Positions 1-12,954 of a stretch of 64,000 nt of DNA are shown in pieces. The DNA is taken from the NCBI RefSeq assembly GCF_009914755.1, contig NC_060931.1; one strand, 5' to 3'. Made by a program: the position numbers and the translations under genes. Origin of the DNA: the human T2T-CHM13v2.0 reference genome, Homo sapiens. The first letter of the stretch is position 1. The number at the start of each line of letters is the position of its first letter. The notes under the pieces are model-generated. The model worked only from the letters and a program-made list of their open reading frames with translations. It did not search any database and was not told the origin of the DNA.

Positions 1-149
1 AGAAGATCCTCAATAAATATTTATGGAATGAAGAAAGTGAAACAGGGAGGAAGTGAGGAAAAGGTTAATTTGTCACTAGCCAAGTGAGGAAGAAGAGAGG
101 ATGAGGAGGGTGTCATGGAAGACCTGGTTACTCTGCAGAGCCTTAAACT

Positions 150-535
150 GGAACTGTGTGCATGCTCAGAGGACAAGAGCACAGAGGTGTGGGAAGAGTG
201 CTGATGCAGAGAGAGAAGCAGGAATCTGCTTTAAATGCCATGCTAAGGAATTTGGGCTTCACCTTTAGGTTAAAAGCTGTTAAGTCTCTGAGAAACATGA
301 TCATATTTGTGTTGCATAAAGATCACTCAGCCCAGTGTGGAGAGTAAATTGGGTAAGGGCAGTGAGTTAGTTAGGAGGCAGATTGTAATCTAGTAACTAG
401 TTATCTAAGCCAAAAAAAATGATGACCTGAACTAAGACTTTGGCCTTGTCAACAACACAGAGGGCACATTTCAGAAACACTTAGCAGAGTCAGTAGGACT
501 TCTACTGAAATGTGAGAAAGATTAGAAATCGAGGA
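150..535 (-). mobile_element. L2 LINE fragment (ancient)
   Basis: Degenerate antisense L2 motifs (atgccatgctaaggaatttgggctt; catgatcatatttgtgtt..aaagatcactc; gttaggaggc..ttgtaatc). An L2 3'-end motif (ctcaataaatatttatggaatgaa) also lies at 9-32 on +. Confidence 0.6.
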
Positions 536-1059
536 TGCTCCCCTATCCCACCCCACCCACCTGCCAGATTCTCTTTGTGACTCTGAGAAAGAAAGCGCAG
601 ATGAATGGCCTTGGCAAAGATTCCAATGGCAAATTACTTTAATGTTGCAAACACCACTCTTACATTGTGGTGAGTTACATCCACTGCGTTGTTTTGTCCA
701 GAATACCTTTCTTTTCCATCTTGCTAACTCTTACTTTAAGTTTCAGCTCACAGATCCTGACTCAGCTTACAGATCTTATAATGATGTGCTCAAAGAACTT
801 GGCAACATCAGAAAAGGCAAGATGTAGGAACTGATAATGCAGTTATTGGACAGTTTATGGAAATGGGGATTGATCCCACTTAAAAAGCAAGCATTTTCCA
901 TACCAGCAGGAGACTTCTGTCCTAGAAATATGATATTGTAATGAAAGTGGTCCACAAAGCTCATACTGCTATAATGAGTTTACACAGGACTCACTGGGGT
1001 TATAAAAATAAAAATATTAGCTTTGTACTGTCAATGCCAAATGTAAATACAGTAATTCT

Positions 1060-1160
1060 ATGTGACCCTCCAACATTTGACCTTGAGCAAGATTTTCAAC
1101 CCACTTTTGCCTCTGTCTTCTTGTCATAAAAGACAAGATAATCTCTCAAGGCTAGTTTGA
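1060..1160 (+). mobile_element. MIR fragment
   Basis: tgaccttgagcaagattttcaacc..gcctctgtcttcttgtcataaaa resembles the MIR core; an opposite-strand MIR piece follows at about 1220-1300. Confidence 0.5.
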
Positions 1161-1789
1161 CTCCAAAAATCTTGGATTTTGCTTTCCTTTCTCTGCAAAG
1201 CAGTTGGAGAAAACCATGCATATTTTATAGACAGAAAACCAAGGCTCAAAGAGAAGGAGATTTCCTTTTAGATGGACCTAAATAAGAGCCTGTCTCCCAC
1301 CCAGATGCCTGCTCCCATGAGATGCCCATCATCTAACTTTTGAAACACTGAAAAGAATTGTTTTTAAAACCAAAAGAATAATTTGATTTTAATGAATATG
1401 TCATCTACTGACACAAACAAACGGCAAAATTTTTCTTCTACTCTTTTGCAACTAAAATAAATTTAAGTCAAGGTTCATCCTGGAGAGTTTTTGTTGTTGT
1501 TATTGTTGCTAGCTGTTGCAAAATAGCCAAAAGTTGTTTTGTAATAGAAATGCTGACTTAAACTCAATTACTGTGAGAGTTTGAATAGACTCTCCTTTTT
1601 TTTAAGACATAAGAAGGCAATTAGGTGTTCATGTGGACATTTATGTGTAAGGGATCATTTAAAAGACTGCAAAAGAATGCTAAATATGAAAAGAGGTTAC
1701 AGAGCATTATAGAGTGAGAAAGTGCCAGAGTTATTTTTAAAATATATAAGTTGTATATGTTATATTTTTAAAACTTAAATCTGATAAAA

Positions 1790-2215
1790 CGTTTCATAAT
1801 AAAAAGCAATATAATAACAGAAACCAAACCATAGATCCAGGAAGGTCAGAGAAGAATATGCAGGCAAATACTAAAAAATCTACACTGGGCATATCATATT
1901 CAAACTGCAGACAGTCAAAGACAAAGAGAAAGTCTTGAGAGAGCCCAAAGGGGCAAAAGCACCTTATCTGTAGAGAAACAAGGATAAGAATTAAATCAGA
2001 CTTCCCTTCAGAAACTATGCAAGCAAGCAAGAAAAACAAAACCCAACCTAGAATTCTACATCCAGTAAAATTATCCTTCAAAAGTAAAGAGAAATAAAGA
2101 TTTCCACAGACAAACAAAACTTAAGGGAATTTGTCACCAGTAGATTTGCTTGGCAAAAAGTGTTAAAAGAAATCCTTTAGAGAGAAGGAAATTATATAGA
2201 TCAGAAACATAGACC
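1790..2215 (+). mobile_element. Old L1M (L1MC/ME-type) ORF1 fragment
   Basis: catatcatattcaaactgc, gacttcccttcagaaactatgcaagc, aacctagaattctacatccagtaaaattatccttcaaaagt match the L1 ORF1 C-terminal region. Confidence 0.75.
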
Positions 2216-2639
2216 TACATTTTAAAAGGCAGAGTTTTGAAAAAGGAATAAATGAAAGGCATTCTCAGTTCCCTCCTCTGGGTGCTGGTGCCATGCCCAG
2301 GTCCCAGACCCCCCCACCCAAAGTGAATAATACAGACACTCAACATGATAGATTGTTGGCTTAAAAGGGAGTAGAAGACTTGCTTTCCCCATCCACAGCC
2401 GCAACCTCTGCATTTAAAGATACCAAAAAGGACATAGCAAATTATCTGGCCTGTGGAAGGGAGAAATACTCCAAAGAAATTTGACAAAACTGTAAATAAG
2501 AAAAATGATGAAAACTGTCTTCTTCTCAGCTTTTATAGATGTTAATAATATTCTATACTGTGTTTTACATGATGGAACATTTTCATATAGTGTCATGATG
2601 CCAGTTAAATTGTGGCATCATTTTGAGACCAACCATTTA

Positions 2640-3207
<568 letters not shown>

Positions 3208-3389
3208 TATTTTTATCCCTAGATATAATAGATCTATTTCTTGCTATGACCTCATAAGGAGCCATTTTTGTGGAATTCCAAGTGCTTATATAAATCTATA
3301 GCTAGGCTGACATTTTTGTTTATTATAGCTTAATAAACTGGTTTTTAGTGACCTGAGGGACTTTGACCAGTTAGCTTTTTTCCTCAATA

Positions 3390-3650
3390 GTTTTTTGTGT
3401 GTTTTGTATTGTGGGGTGTTTTTCCTCTACTATTTTTTTCTTTTTCTAATATTTCCATTTTTATTATTTATTTCTTTTCCCATTTTTTATTGTTTTTCTT
3501 TTTCTCATTTTTCTAATTCTTTCATTTTTATTTTCCTCACTTATTCATTATTTTCTCGTATTTTTTCTCTATTTTTTCTTTTTTATCATTTTCTTTTTTC
3601 TCTCATTTTCTTTAGTTTGTCATTTGTTTCTGTTTATTTTCATTTTTGCC
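3390..3650. repeat. T-rich low-complexity tract
   Basis: About 260 bp dominated by T runs with scattered C/A; produces the spurious F/L/S-rich ORF 3395-3712. Confidence 0.85.
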
Positions 3651-3780
3651 TAGTATTGTGGTATTTGGATTCCATTATGAAAATCCATTTTTCAGGCAAA
3701 CTTTGGATCTGATTTTCTTTTGTGGCCATTTGAATCAATCTTCTTACCAGCTTTTCCCAATTTTAAACTAATGATGGGAC

Positions 3781-5500
3781 GTTGTCCACAGGGACAGACC
3801 TAAAGGCATAAAACCTGCTCTGGATGTTGACATGATCATCCTGACAGCAGATTTTGGTTTCAGCAATGAGTTCACCTTGACAACAAGCTGGACTCCTTCT
3901 GTGGCAGGTCCTTCCCACGTTAACGTAGACCTCTCCCGGGCCAAAAGCACTGTGGTCCCACAGCGGATGTGTGGCACCTTGGAGGCATCCTTTCTATGCT
4001 GGTCAGTAGGCCCCGCCTTTTGATGGACAGAACTTAAAGTAGCTGGTGGAGCAGGAACTAAGCAGAATATACCATATTCCTTTCTGTAGTCCATGGACTG
4101 TGAAAACCTGCTCAAGAAATTCTTCATCTTCAACCTTAGCAGGAGTGGCACTTTAGAGAAAAATTAGCAGGAGAGGCACATTAGAGAAAATTATGAGGAA
4201 CCCATGGATGAACATGGGCAGTGAGGATGAATTAAAGCCTTATGTTGAGCCACTCTGTGACTACAAGGATCCTGGCAGGTTGAGTTGGTGGTTTCCATGG
4301 CTTACACATTGGAAGAGATCCGGGGCTCATTGATGAACCAGAAGTACAAGTGATGGCCACCTATCTACTCTTGGGCTACAAGAGATATGAGCTGGAGGGC
4401 TACACAATCACCCTGAAGCCCCTGCCTTCAGCTGATCCCACCGATAGCTGCATTCCTTCCCCATTCTGCGAGATACAATATAGCGACTCTGCCAACCGAA
4501 AGCAGCAGAGTTTCAGCAAGCCTGCCTTTCCCACCTTTCATTATTCTAAGGATAGTCTAAGTAACAACTCAGAAAATCAGCGTACTGAGGAGGACCAGGA
4601 GTCAGGGCAGAGAAGATCACAACCTTCAACACAGCCTCCCAGCGTGGCCCTGTGGCCTATTCCCCCACCCACAACCAGAAGCAGTGGTAGTGCCCCAGAT
4701 GGAACCAAATTCCCTCAAGGTATATGCTCCAAAGGAAACTCCCTTCGCCCTAGGCAACCTGAACAGGTGCCTGACCAGTAGATTTTGTCCCATAGTGTGA
4801 ACTCAGTTTCTTACTCTGGCAACAGCCAGGGCTTGCAGGGTGCCAATAGCAGAGAAATGTGTTTCAAGTCAGCCGAAAAGGACTGGCATGAAGCTGCCAG
4901 CTGAGTGGAAATGATCAAACCTCATGTTATGGGCAGCCTAGAGAGTGATACAAACAACAATGAATGTTGAGAGGTCAGGCATACTCCTTGAAGTTTACAT
5001 GGAACATGAAGATCCTAGCTCAGTGGAGCTCAGTGAGATGGTGTGAGAGATCAGCCAGGTGCTAGATGCAAACAGCTGTGGGTGGGAGCTGAGCAAGTAC
5101 ACCCCTGCTGTGTGTGCACGGCCCACCTGGCCAAGAGGAATGCGTGTAGCAGAGGGTGGAGTTGTGCAAACTGTCCTAGCATTTTCTCCAGGCGGTTCAA
5201 ATAAAGAGGATATTGGCACCTCCATTACCTTCAAAAGCATTGTTCCCAAATTGACTGCTGAGCTGAAGCTTTAAAAGACTTCCAGAAGCCTCTGAGGAGA
5301 CAAGAGCCTAATAGGCCCTACTGCAGGCTGGCCCTCTGCCCATATCTGGGTGAAACTTCAGAGATTGCACTGTTTTTCCTGGGGCATATCTCCCCTCTCC
5401 TGCTCTTCTCCTTTACTTCTGTGTTTGTCGGGAAGGGGAGAAGTTCTACAGAAATCAACAGACCCAATCCCCTCCAAAAAATAGTCCCCTGTGCCCTTTC
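3781..5500 (+). pseudogene. MARK2: Processed (intronless), 5'-truncated, frameshifted pseudogene of MARK2 (Par-1b Ser/Thr kinase); CDS-homologous part 3781-5274 plus proximal 3'UTR
   Basis: Fragments across frames follow MARK2 in order: [73 protein letters not shown] (ORF 4350-4781), SSG.APD.T.FP.G, VLDANSC and the KA1 terminus GTS..FK.I..K...ELKL* ending at 5274. No introns; many stops and frameshifts. 5275-5500 resembles the MARK2 3'UTR as I recall it. The symbol given is the parent gene; I cannot assign a MARK2P number. Confidence 0.92.
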
Positions 5501-5539
5501 CTTCATACACCAGAGCTTTTTAGTTCTACTGGTGGCTAC

Positions 5540-5839
5540 TTTTTTTTTTTTTTGAGATGGAGTCTCGCTCTGTCACCCAGGCTGGAGTGCAATGGTGCGA
5601 TCTTGGCTCACTGCAACCTCTGTGCCTTGGGTTCAAGTGATTGTCCTGCTTCAGCCTCCTGAGTAGCTGGGATTACAGGTAGGTGCCCACCACCACGCCC
5701 GGCTAATTTTTGTATTTTTAGTAGAGACGGGGTTTCACCATGTTGGCCAGGCTGCTCTCGAACTCCTGACCTCAGGTGATCCACTCACTTCAGCCTCCCA
5801 AAGTGCTAGGATTACAAGTGTGAGCCATGGTGCCTGGCC
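5540..5839 (-). mobile_element. AluSx-like
   Basis: Full antisense Alu; TSD ggtggctactt at 5531-5541 and 5840-5850. Confidence 0.95.
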
Positions 5840-6569
5840 GGTGGCTACTTCTTTAAATTAATGTTACATCATTCTTTCTTGAATTATCAATTTTAGTTAT
5901 TGGCTATTGGAGTTCTGTCACAACTGATGGGAATTTAGGTCTTTCACAATTTTGGAAGGTAGCACTATTCTCATTCCTCCTTTGGTTGCCACCACAATCA
6001 CAGTCTCCCATGACATACCTACATCTCCATTTCTATCCTACCGCCTTGAATCCCACTCTGTAAAATCGGTGTTAGAACTCTCATCCTTCCCCCATCCTCC
6101 CCACTCCTATAAGTTCTCTCAGTGATACTTTTATATTAATCTTTTGTAAACCTTTAGATTCTGGTTTGTGATTTGTCTACTGTTTAATTCGAAAAGAAAA
6201 AAATTTAAGTGGAGCTTAATTACACCTATATAAATATAGTACACTGAAGGGCTAGTAAGATAAGATCAAGATACCCTTCTATAGCTTCCAATGTCATGAC
6301 TGCTGTGCTCCTAGAATCCAGTGGAATGGATTTCCTGTTTTTGCGCTCTTCCGATTGTCTTTACTACATTCTGAAGGTCTCTATCATGCTTTCTGTTCTA
6401 CTAATTCTTCTTACTGCCTGGAGATCCCTCTCCCAAAGCCATTAATCCTCATATTCCACAGTGGACCAGTCGCTTTTAGGTCTACTGCACAGCTATCATT
6501 CTGAGACAGGATGTCACTGCTCTTGTAGATTGTACCGATTGTTCCTGAAAATTTCTTAGTCACTGATTG

Positions 6570-7001
6570 CTACAAAAATGCTATGTAACCATAATGCTGT
6601 GTAACAAGCAACCTGAAATCTCAGTGGTAACAACAAACATTTACTCTTTACCCTGCTTCAGACTATGGGTTGAGTTCAAGCCTGTTTCATGTGTCTTTCA
6701 TTCAGTGCCAGCAGCTGTCTGGAGCGTGCTTTTCTTGTGGAAAATGAGAGAAGAAAGAGAGACCAAGATAAGCCAAATAAGCATATTTAAAGCCTCTGTT
6801 CATGTTGCATCCATTTAGAGTCCACTAGCTGAAGCAATCATGTGAAGAAAATCACATGTCCAACCCAACACCAAATGAGTAGAAGAAAATACTTCACCTA
6901 CTCTAGGGGGAGGCAGGACCAAGTCACTTGGCAAAGGCATGGATGTATATGTTGACAACAGGGGAGAGGTGAACAATAAGGAACAATCATCTAATCCACC
7001 A
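6570..7001 (-). mobile_element. MaLR LTR (MLT1J/K-like)
   Basis: atgctgtgtaacaagcaacctgaaatctcagtgg..aacaaacatttactc and aagtcacttggcaaaggcatggatgta are typical of old MLT1 in antisense. Confidence 0.65.
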
Positions 7002-7039
7002 TAGGAACCTATGTTTTACACACTACTACCTTGTTTTGC

Positions 7040-7370
7040 TGGACAGCATCCTCTAATAAATTCCTAAGGAGAGGGTATGGCAGGTAAACTTTCTGAATCA
7101 TATGTGTCTATAAATATCTTTATTCTGCCCTCATAACTGACAAACATTTTTGAGACCCTTGCTCCACTACTTTCTATAATAGCACCCTCCATTGCTGATG
7201 AGAAGTTTCTTGTCAGGGTGCTTTTTGTTCTCTTTTTAGGTGACCCTTTCTATCTCAATATTCTCTTTACCCTGATGTTCTAAAATGTCTCAATGACATA
7301 GATGTAGGTAATTTTTTTCCTTATTGTGCCATGTGTGCAGTGGGCCCTCTCAAACTGAGAATTCTATATA
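7040..7370 (-). mobile_element. Old L1ME ORF1-region fragment
   Basis: ggtaaactttctgaatc..atatctttattctgccctca; ttgctgatgagaagtt; tgggccctctcaaactgaga. Confidence 0.55.
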
Positions 7371-7985
7371 GAGATTTTTAATAAACCTCTCTGTTTTGTT
7401 GCACAGCTTACTCCTGATCTTCTTTGTATCTGGTGTTTCTAAGCATAAAGACTGAAGCCTTCTACCTCTTCAGGTACAATATACAGGATCGTGTGTGTTT
7501 GTGTGTGTGTGTATACAGGATCATATATATAAAATATGTTATATATAATATAGGCTGCTGCTTTCTCCAATTCGTTTAATCACTTTTTTGTATTCCAGAA
7601 TTTTTTAGATTTCTGCCTGTCTATGGATGGTCTTTGTCCGTTCTCTTTATTTTGTGGAGTTATAGCACTTAAAACATTTTGTTTACTATGATTTTATTGA
7701 TGTCTCAGGAAAGAGAGGTAATAAAATGGTATGCCTAAGATATTGTGTTGATTTATTAGTCTCAATATTTATTCTGCTGAGTATACTTTACATTTCAATA
7801 TATTTAAAATTACATTTCAATATATTTAAAATATTTGTAAAATGGTTGGCTGTATCAGATAGAATAACATTTAAATAATCTGGCTATGTTAGCATCCATA
7901 TTTTCAAGGGTAATTAGTTTGAATGTGATTATTTAATTGGCAAAAGAATTTGAAATGTTACCAAAGATAGCTAGTTTCTCTGAGG

Positions 7986-8192
7986 CAGTGCTGTCCAACA
8001 GAACTTTTTGCAATGATAGAAATATTTTCTCTCTGTGCCAACCAAGACAGTAGCCACCAACCTCATGTGGCTATTGAACACTTAAAATGTAGTTAGTGCT
8101 ACTAGGAAACTGAATTTTTAATTTTATTTAATTCGTATTGATTTAAGTTTAAATAGCCACAGGTGGCTAGCGGCTATCATATTGGACAATGC
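7986..8192. mobile_element. MER3 (hAT-Charlie MITE)
   Basis: cagtgctgtccaacagaacttt..atgtggctattgaacacttaaaatgt..aaatagccac..tattggaca; inverted termini. Confidence 0.85.
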
Positions 8193-8379
8193 GCCTGGGA
8201 TCAAAATTGTGATTAAATCCCCCAAATTAAAAATATGTTTTTAGGCATGGGCTACCTGTGTCAAGAATATTATACCTGAAAGGGATAGTCATGAGGAGCC
8301 TAATAAGACACATAGCCAAGTATAAATAATCTTTATGGTTTATACCAAAGAATATACTCATTCTCCCAGTAAATACATT

Positions 8380-8800
8380 CTCCCAGTAAATATTTGAAGG
8401 GTATGTACTGTATATAAAGCACTCTGTCTGGCATTAGGGTTACAAAATTGCAGACACACAAAGCACTCACCCTCCAGGATCTTTCCATTCATTGAGGAAG
8501 AAGATATGCAAACAACCAGTAAGTATAATAGAAGATTGCCTTACCTCCCTATGCTGAAGGGTGAGAGAAAAGTGATTACCCAGGACACCCAGTTAAGCCT
8601 TTACTTAGGAAGTAGTATTTAAGTCCTGACTTGAAGCTGGGTAAGACTTTCTTGGGAGATTAATGGGTAGAATATTTCAGGCAGAGAAAGAACAGGAGGG
8701 CACAGATGTAGAGACAGGTACTAGAAAAGGCAAGCCACTTGATATCACTAGAACCTAGAGTACAATTTTGAGAATATATTGGGAAATGAGATTGGCCAAT
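8380..8800 (-). mobile_element. L2 3' fragment
   Basis: aaatatttgaagggtatgtactgtatataaagcact..; ttcaggcagagaaagaacagga. Confidence 0.5.
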
Positions 8801-9050
8801 CAGGCAAAAGTGGCCAATAACTGTAGTGTGAGAAGAGCTACGCCACTTCCAGTGAAGGGAAATAAAATTGACATAATGTAGACCCATTGAGTTGGAAGAA
8901 TAGTGAACTCATTGTATGTTCTGACCCAACTCTCTTCATTCACTCAATCAAAAGATACTTTTCAATGTTCTCCTAAGCCTTTTTTATAGTGCTAAATGGC
9001 TTTAGGAACACTTTTTTAAAAGCTGGTAAAAGAGTAAATATTAACTCAGT

Positions 9051-9400
9051 TGCTATGGTCTGAATGTTTGTGTCCTTTCAAAATTTATATGTTGAAACCT
9101 AATCTCCAATGCAATAATATGAAGACGTGAGGCCTTTGGGAGGTAATTATGTCATGAGGGTGGAGACCTCATGAATGGGATTAGAGAGGGCTGATGGAGC
9201 CTGCTTGCCACCTCCATCATGTGAGGACACATGCAGCAAGAAGACACCATCCATGAGGCACAGACCCTCACAGGCACCAAATCTCCTGGCACCTTGACCT
9301 TGGACTTCCCAGCCTCCAGAACTGTGAGCAATAAATTCTGTTGTTGATAAATTACCCAATCTATAGTATTGTGTTATAGCAGTCCAAATGGACTAAGATA
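9051..9400 (+). mobile_element. MaLR solo LTR (MLT1A0-like)
   Basis: Starts tgctatggtctgaatgtttgtgtcc; contains ggacttcccagcctccagaactgtgagcaataaa; ends atggactaagata. Confidence 0.85.
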
Positions 9401-11279
9401 CCAGCATCAACTGAAATGAGGACAAATCCCTAATTAGAGGACTCCTACTCAATAAAAATATTTAAAACAATGATTAATATCTTACTACAGAATTTTTCCA
9501 CTCCAGAGAACACAAAATTCTGAGTTAACACAGTCAAAAATAATAATAAAAAATACTTGCCAAGGTGTCATGACCTCATCTTATTGTTGAGTTCAGTGTT
9601 TCCATTTTAAATCCCTATTTTCTGGTTTATAACTTACTCCAAAATGTTCCTTTTGACCTTTGAGTCTGATGTTTCTCTTGCCTTCGTCTCAATCCAAAGG
9701 CGAATTTATTTGCAATTTGTACTAAATCTCTTCAGTTATTTCAGTTACTTGAGTTTAAAGAAAATACACTGCTTTTGCTTTCAGAAATTGTTCATATTTT
9801 TTCCATGTTCAAATAGCTTTAAAAAACATAATTTTGTTTTAAAGCTATAGTATTGACATAGATGTACTAAAGATCCAATTCAAAAATAGTTGGTTAAGAA
9901 ATTTGGATTGAAGAACCAGAAATGACGAGGCTCCATAGCATGTAATTACATGGAGGCAGACGCACACCTCTCTCCCACAGCCATTGTGTGGGTGCATGTG
10001 ACAATAATCGCAAGGTGAGTGTAAGAAGTCCAAGAAAGGTCAAAACCTACCCCTCAAAATCAATTTAAAGTGCATATCTGACTTTTTAAGGTGTGAAATA
10101 GTAAATAGCCCCAACTTCCAAGTCTACAAAGGGGACATGTAAATGGTACATATTAATTCACCAAGCACATATGAAACATTAAAAGGTACATATTAATATA
10201 TAGAACATCCATGGGACTTTTGCTAGAATTTGGAGATGATGCAAAGGCAGTACTGGGAGTGGGATCCTCTGGAGTCTACCTCAGGTTTTCTTCTGACATT
10301 TATTTATGACTCCAGGTTGAGCCTCTAATCTTGCTTTAATATCCTCTCAACAAAATGGAGGCTGACCTTATATGCTAGTGTGCTGAAAAGAATTAACCCT
10401 CCCATCGGCACCTTTTGAGGACATTCATTTCAATAAATAACTTTCACATCTACTGAAACTTAGGCTCTATCTGATGCTGTGGCTATGAATGTGGATAAGA
10501 CGAAAATGCTTCCTCGGAAAATTTCTTGAATATGAGAAAGACTGATGAGGTAAAATAACATAGGATAAGTATAAACAGAGGTTATTTTCAATAAGAACAG
10601 AGAACAATTAGAGTCTATTGCTTTCGAGAAAAGAAAGAGAAATAGCAAAGCAAACACATAGTATACAGATAGAGATGTATATCTAGACATAAATTCCTAT
10701 ATACCCCAAATGGGAAATTTTAAGATTCTACATAATTGCCATCAATCTTTCCCCACCCTCAGCCCAGTCTAAGCCTTTCCAAATAAACATATGAGCCAAA
10801 TAAAATCAGTATGTTGGCTAAACAAATGCATTTTCAAGGCAGTTCCCTTAGTAGCTCACCCAACTTCTTTCCAAATACTGTCACCTCCAAGCCCCTCTTA
10901 CACAGGAATTCTAGGGCTCTCAAAGAACAGTCCCTACAGATAAAATTATCTGATCCCTCTGCCTGAAAAATAAGTTTTTTCTCCTACAAACTTCCAGAGC
11001 ACTTTATATCTGCCTTTCCTGGAATAATTACTGATTTTCTTAGATTCTAACATACAATCTTTTTCACATTTCAAATATAAACATGCATCTTGCAATCAAT
11101 AGGTAAGTTTACTTTAAGGTTTCTTTTTGCCCAAGAATATGTCATTAAATTGATGATGGATCTTGCTCTGATTCATTAATTCAACAAATTATTTTTATTG
11201 TCATCTTTATTTCAATTTATAAATACATTTGTTTAATATGCTAACCTAGGTGAATTTCAGTTTGTTTTCAGAAAAACTA

Positions 11280-11555
11280 AAGACTTCAAAGATTTTTATT
11301 ATGTGGATTATCAATATTTGAATTAAAAATTAAAACTGACACAGATGTGTTTAATAAATGGCATCTAGATTCTGACGCATTCTATATTCCATTCATTCTG
11401 TTGTGTACCAGTCACATAATTACTTGGAAACTCCACTGTTTATTTGAAAATTGTGAAAAAGGCTAAGTAATATCTTAATGTCATTATGACAAGTTTTGAC
11501 CTCATAGGCACCTGGAAGAGCCTCTGGGCCTTCTAGGTGAAAGGACCACACTGTC
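11280..11555. mobile_element. hAT-Charlie family fragment (MER119/Charlie1-like end)
   Basis: tcttaatgtcattatgacaagttttgacctc..ggaccacact resembles a Charlie-type terminus. Confidence 0.45.
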
Positions 11556-12212
11556 TTAATAGACCTGCCCATATTTCATGCCTTCTAGAATTCCTTATAA
11601 GTTTCAATGGGCAGCTGGACAACTGAGCCATCTATTACTCTAATGGTACTTACGATGTGATTCTGGGGTGATGCGTGAGAATTTGCATGTCTAAACAATT
11701 CACAGATCATTCAAAAGTCTTTAATGCTGGAAAGCAGACTTTTCTGTTCCCCTTGATTTACTTTAAGGAGCAAGGTTTTTTAGAGGATTCAAAAGTGCCC
11801 AAACTTAAGATTTTAAAACTCTCCATGCTTATCTTCCAAAAATGGTATATCATCCACTTTACTAACCCTCCTTGCTAAATAAGGGACCCAAATTAAATAT
11901 TAGATGCCAACTACCCCAAAGTCAACCATGGTACCTCTTCTCTTCTGAAATCAGAGTTATTTGGAATCCTGAGCGAATTCTAACAAAGCAAACGCTGAGA
12001 GCTAGTCATTTATCAAAAGAGCAACATGTATTTTCTGAGCACCTGCTATGGGCCAGGCTCTATGCTGGGTACTTGGGTCATGTCTCACAGTGTTTGAAGA
12101 TATGTATCTCATGACAATTTCAGAATTTATCGAACACTAGACAAATTAAAACAGCTAGAGAATATTGCTGCTAAAATTTGTATTCAAAATTATTTGACTT
12201 CTTGATTTAGAT

Positions 12213-12214
<2 letters not shown>

Positions 12215-12256
<42 letters not shown>
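12215..12256. repeat. (TG)21 microsatellite
   Basis: Uninterrupted 42-bp TG run. Confidence 0.97.
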
Positions 12257-12257
<1 letters not shown>

Positions 12258-12954
12258 CTTTCTAAAATTTACAATGATGTCATTCTAATGGAGTTAGGTT
12301 TTGGAGCTGAGACACAATGAACACATTACAGTGTGTGTTATGGTGATGTGGAGTGGCTATGCACACAGATGGTCTTGATTTTCATTTCCTGTGAAGCTGA
12401 ATCAACATGTTGTGGCTAATGTCTATGTAATTTAATGTATTGAATGAAATGTACCATTGCTCTGTACATGAAGATAAAAGGTCCTACTTGGCTATGGTGT
12501 TCTTGTGCACTAAAACCACAACAGACATATTTAACAATCCTTTGTTATAAAAAATTAACCTAAAAAATTCTCTTGTTTCTTATAAAGAGACATAATTTTT
12601 GTTTGATTAACTCATTTGTATTTTTTTATCATAGTAGAAGGAAGGCAGCATCAATAGAATTTTCTTAGACTAATTAGTTTTGCAGGGTATACTTCTTTAT
12701 GGTGTCAACATCATCATAGCATGAAGTGACTGGAAGGATATAATGGAAAGAGTCAACAAGCTAAGGCATCAGTACCAAATGAGATGATGTCCTCCCCGTG
12801 GTCAGTGGTAAGGGAGGCTGAGGGGGGCCCTCCCTTCCTGTGCCCCTCCAACACTTCTAGTTGGTCTGTTGCCCCTCAAGTGACTAGGGCTCTCATACAG
12901 CACTCTGGGTGTCTGAAATTGCAGCCCCAACATCACCTCACGAGGTACCAGTCT

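Noticed and set aside
3395-3712. 105-aa hydrophobic ORF (membrane-protein-like)
   Set aside because: Artefact of T-rich low complexity; no ATG start.
4350-4781. 143-aa ORF with MARK2 similarity as a functional CDS
   Set aside because: It is an internal pseudogene fragment with no kinase domain, drifts out of the MARK2 frame, and has no promoter evidence.
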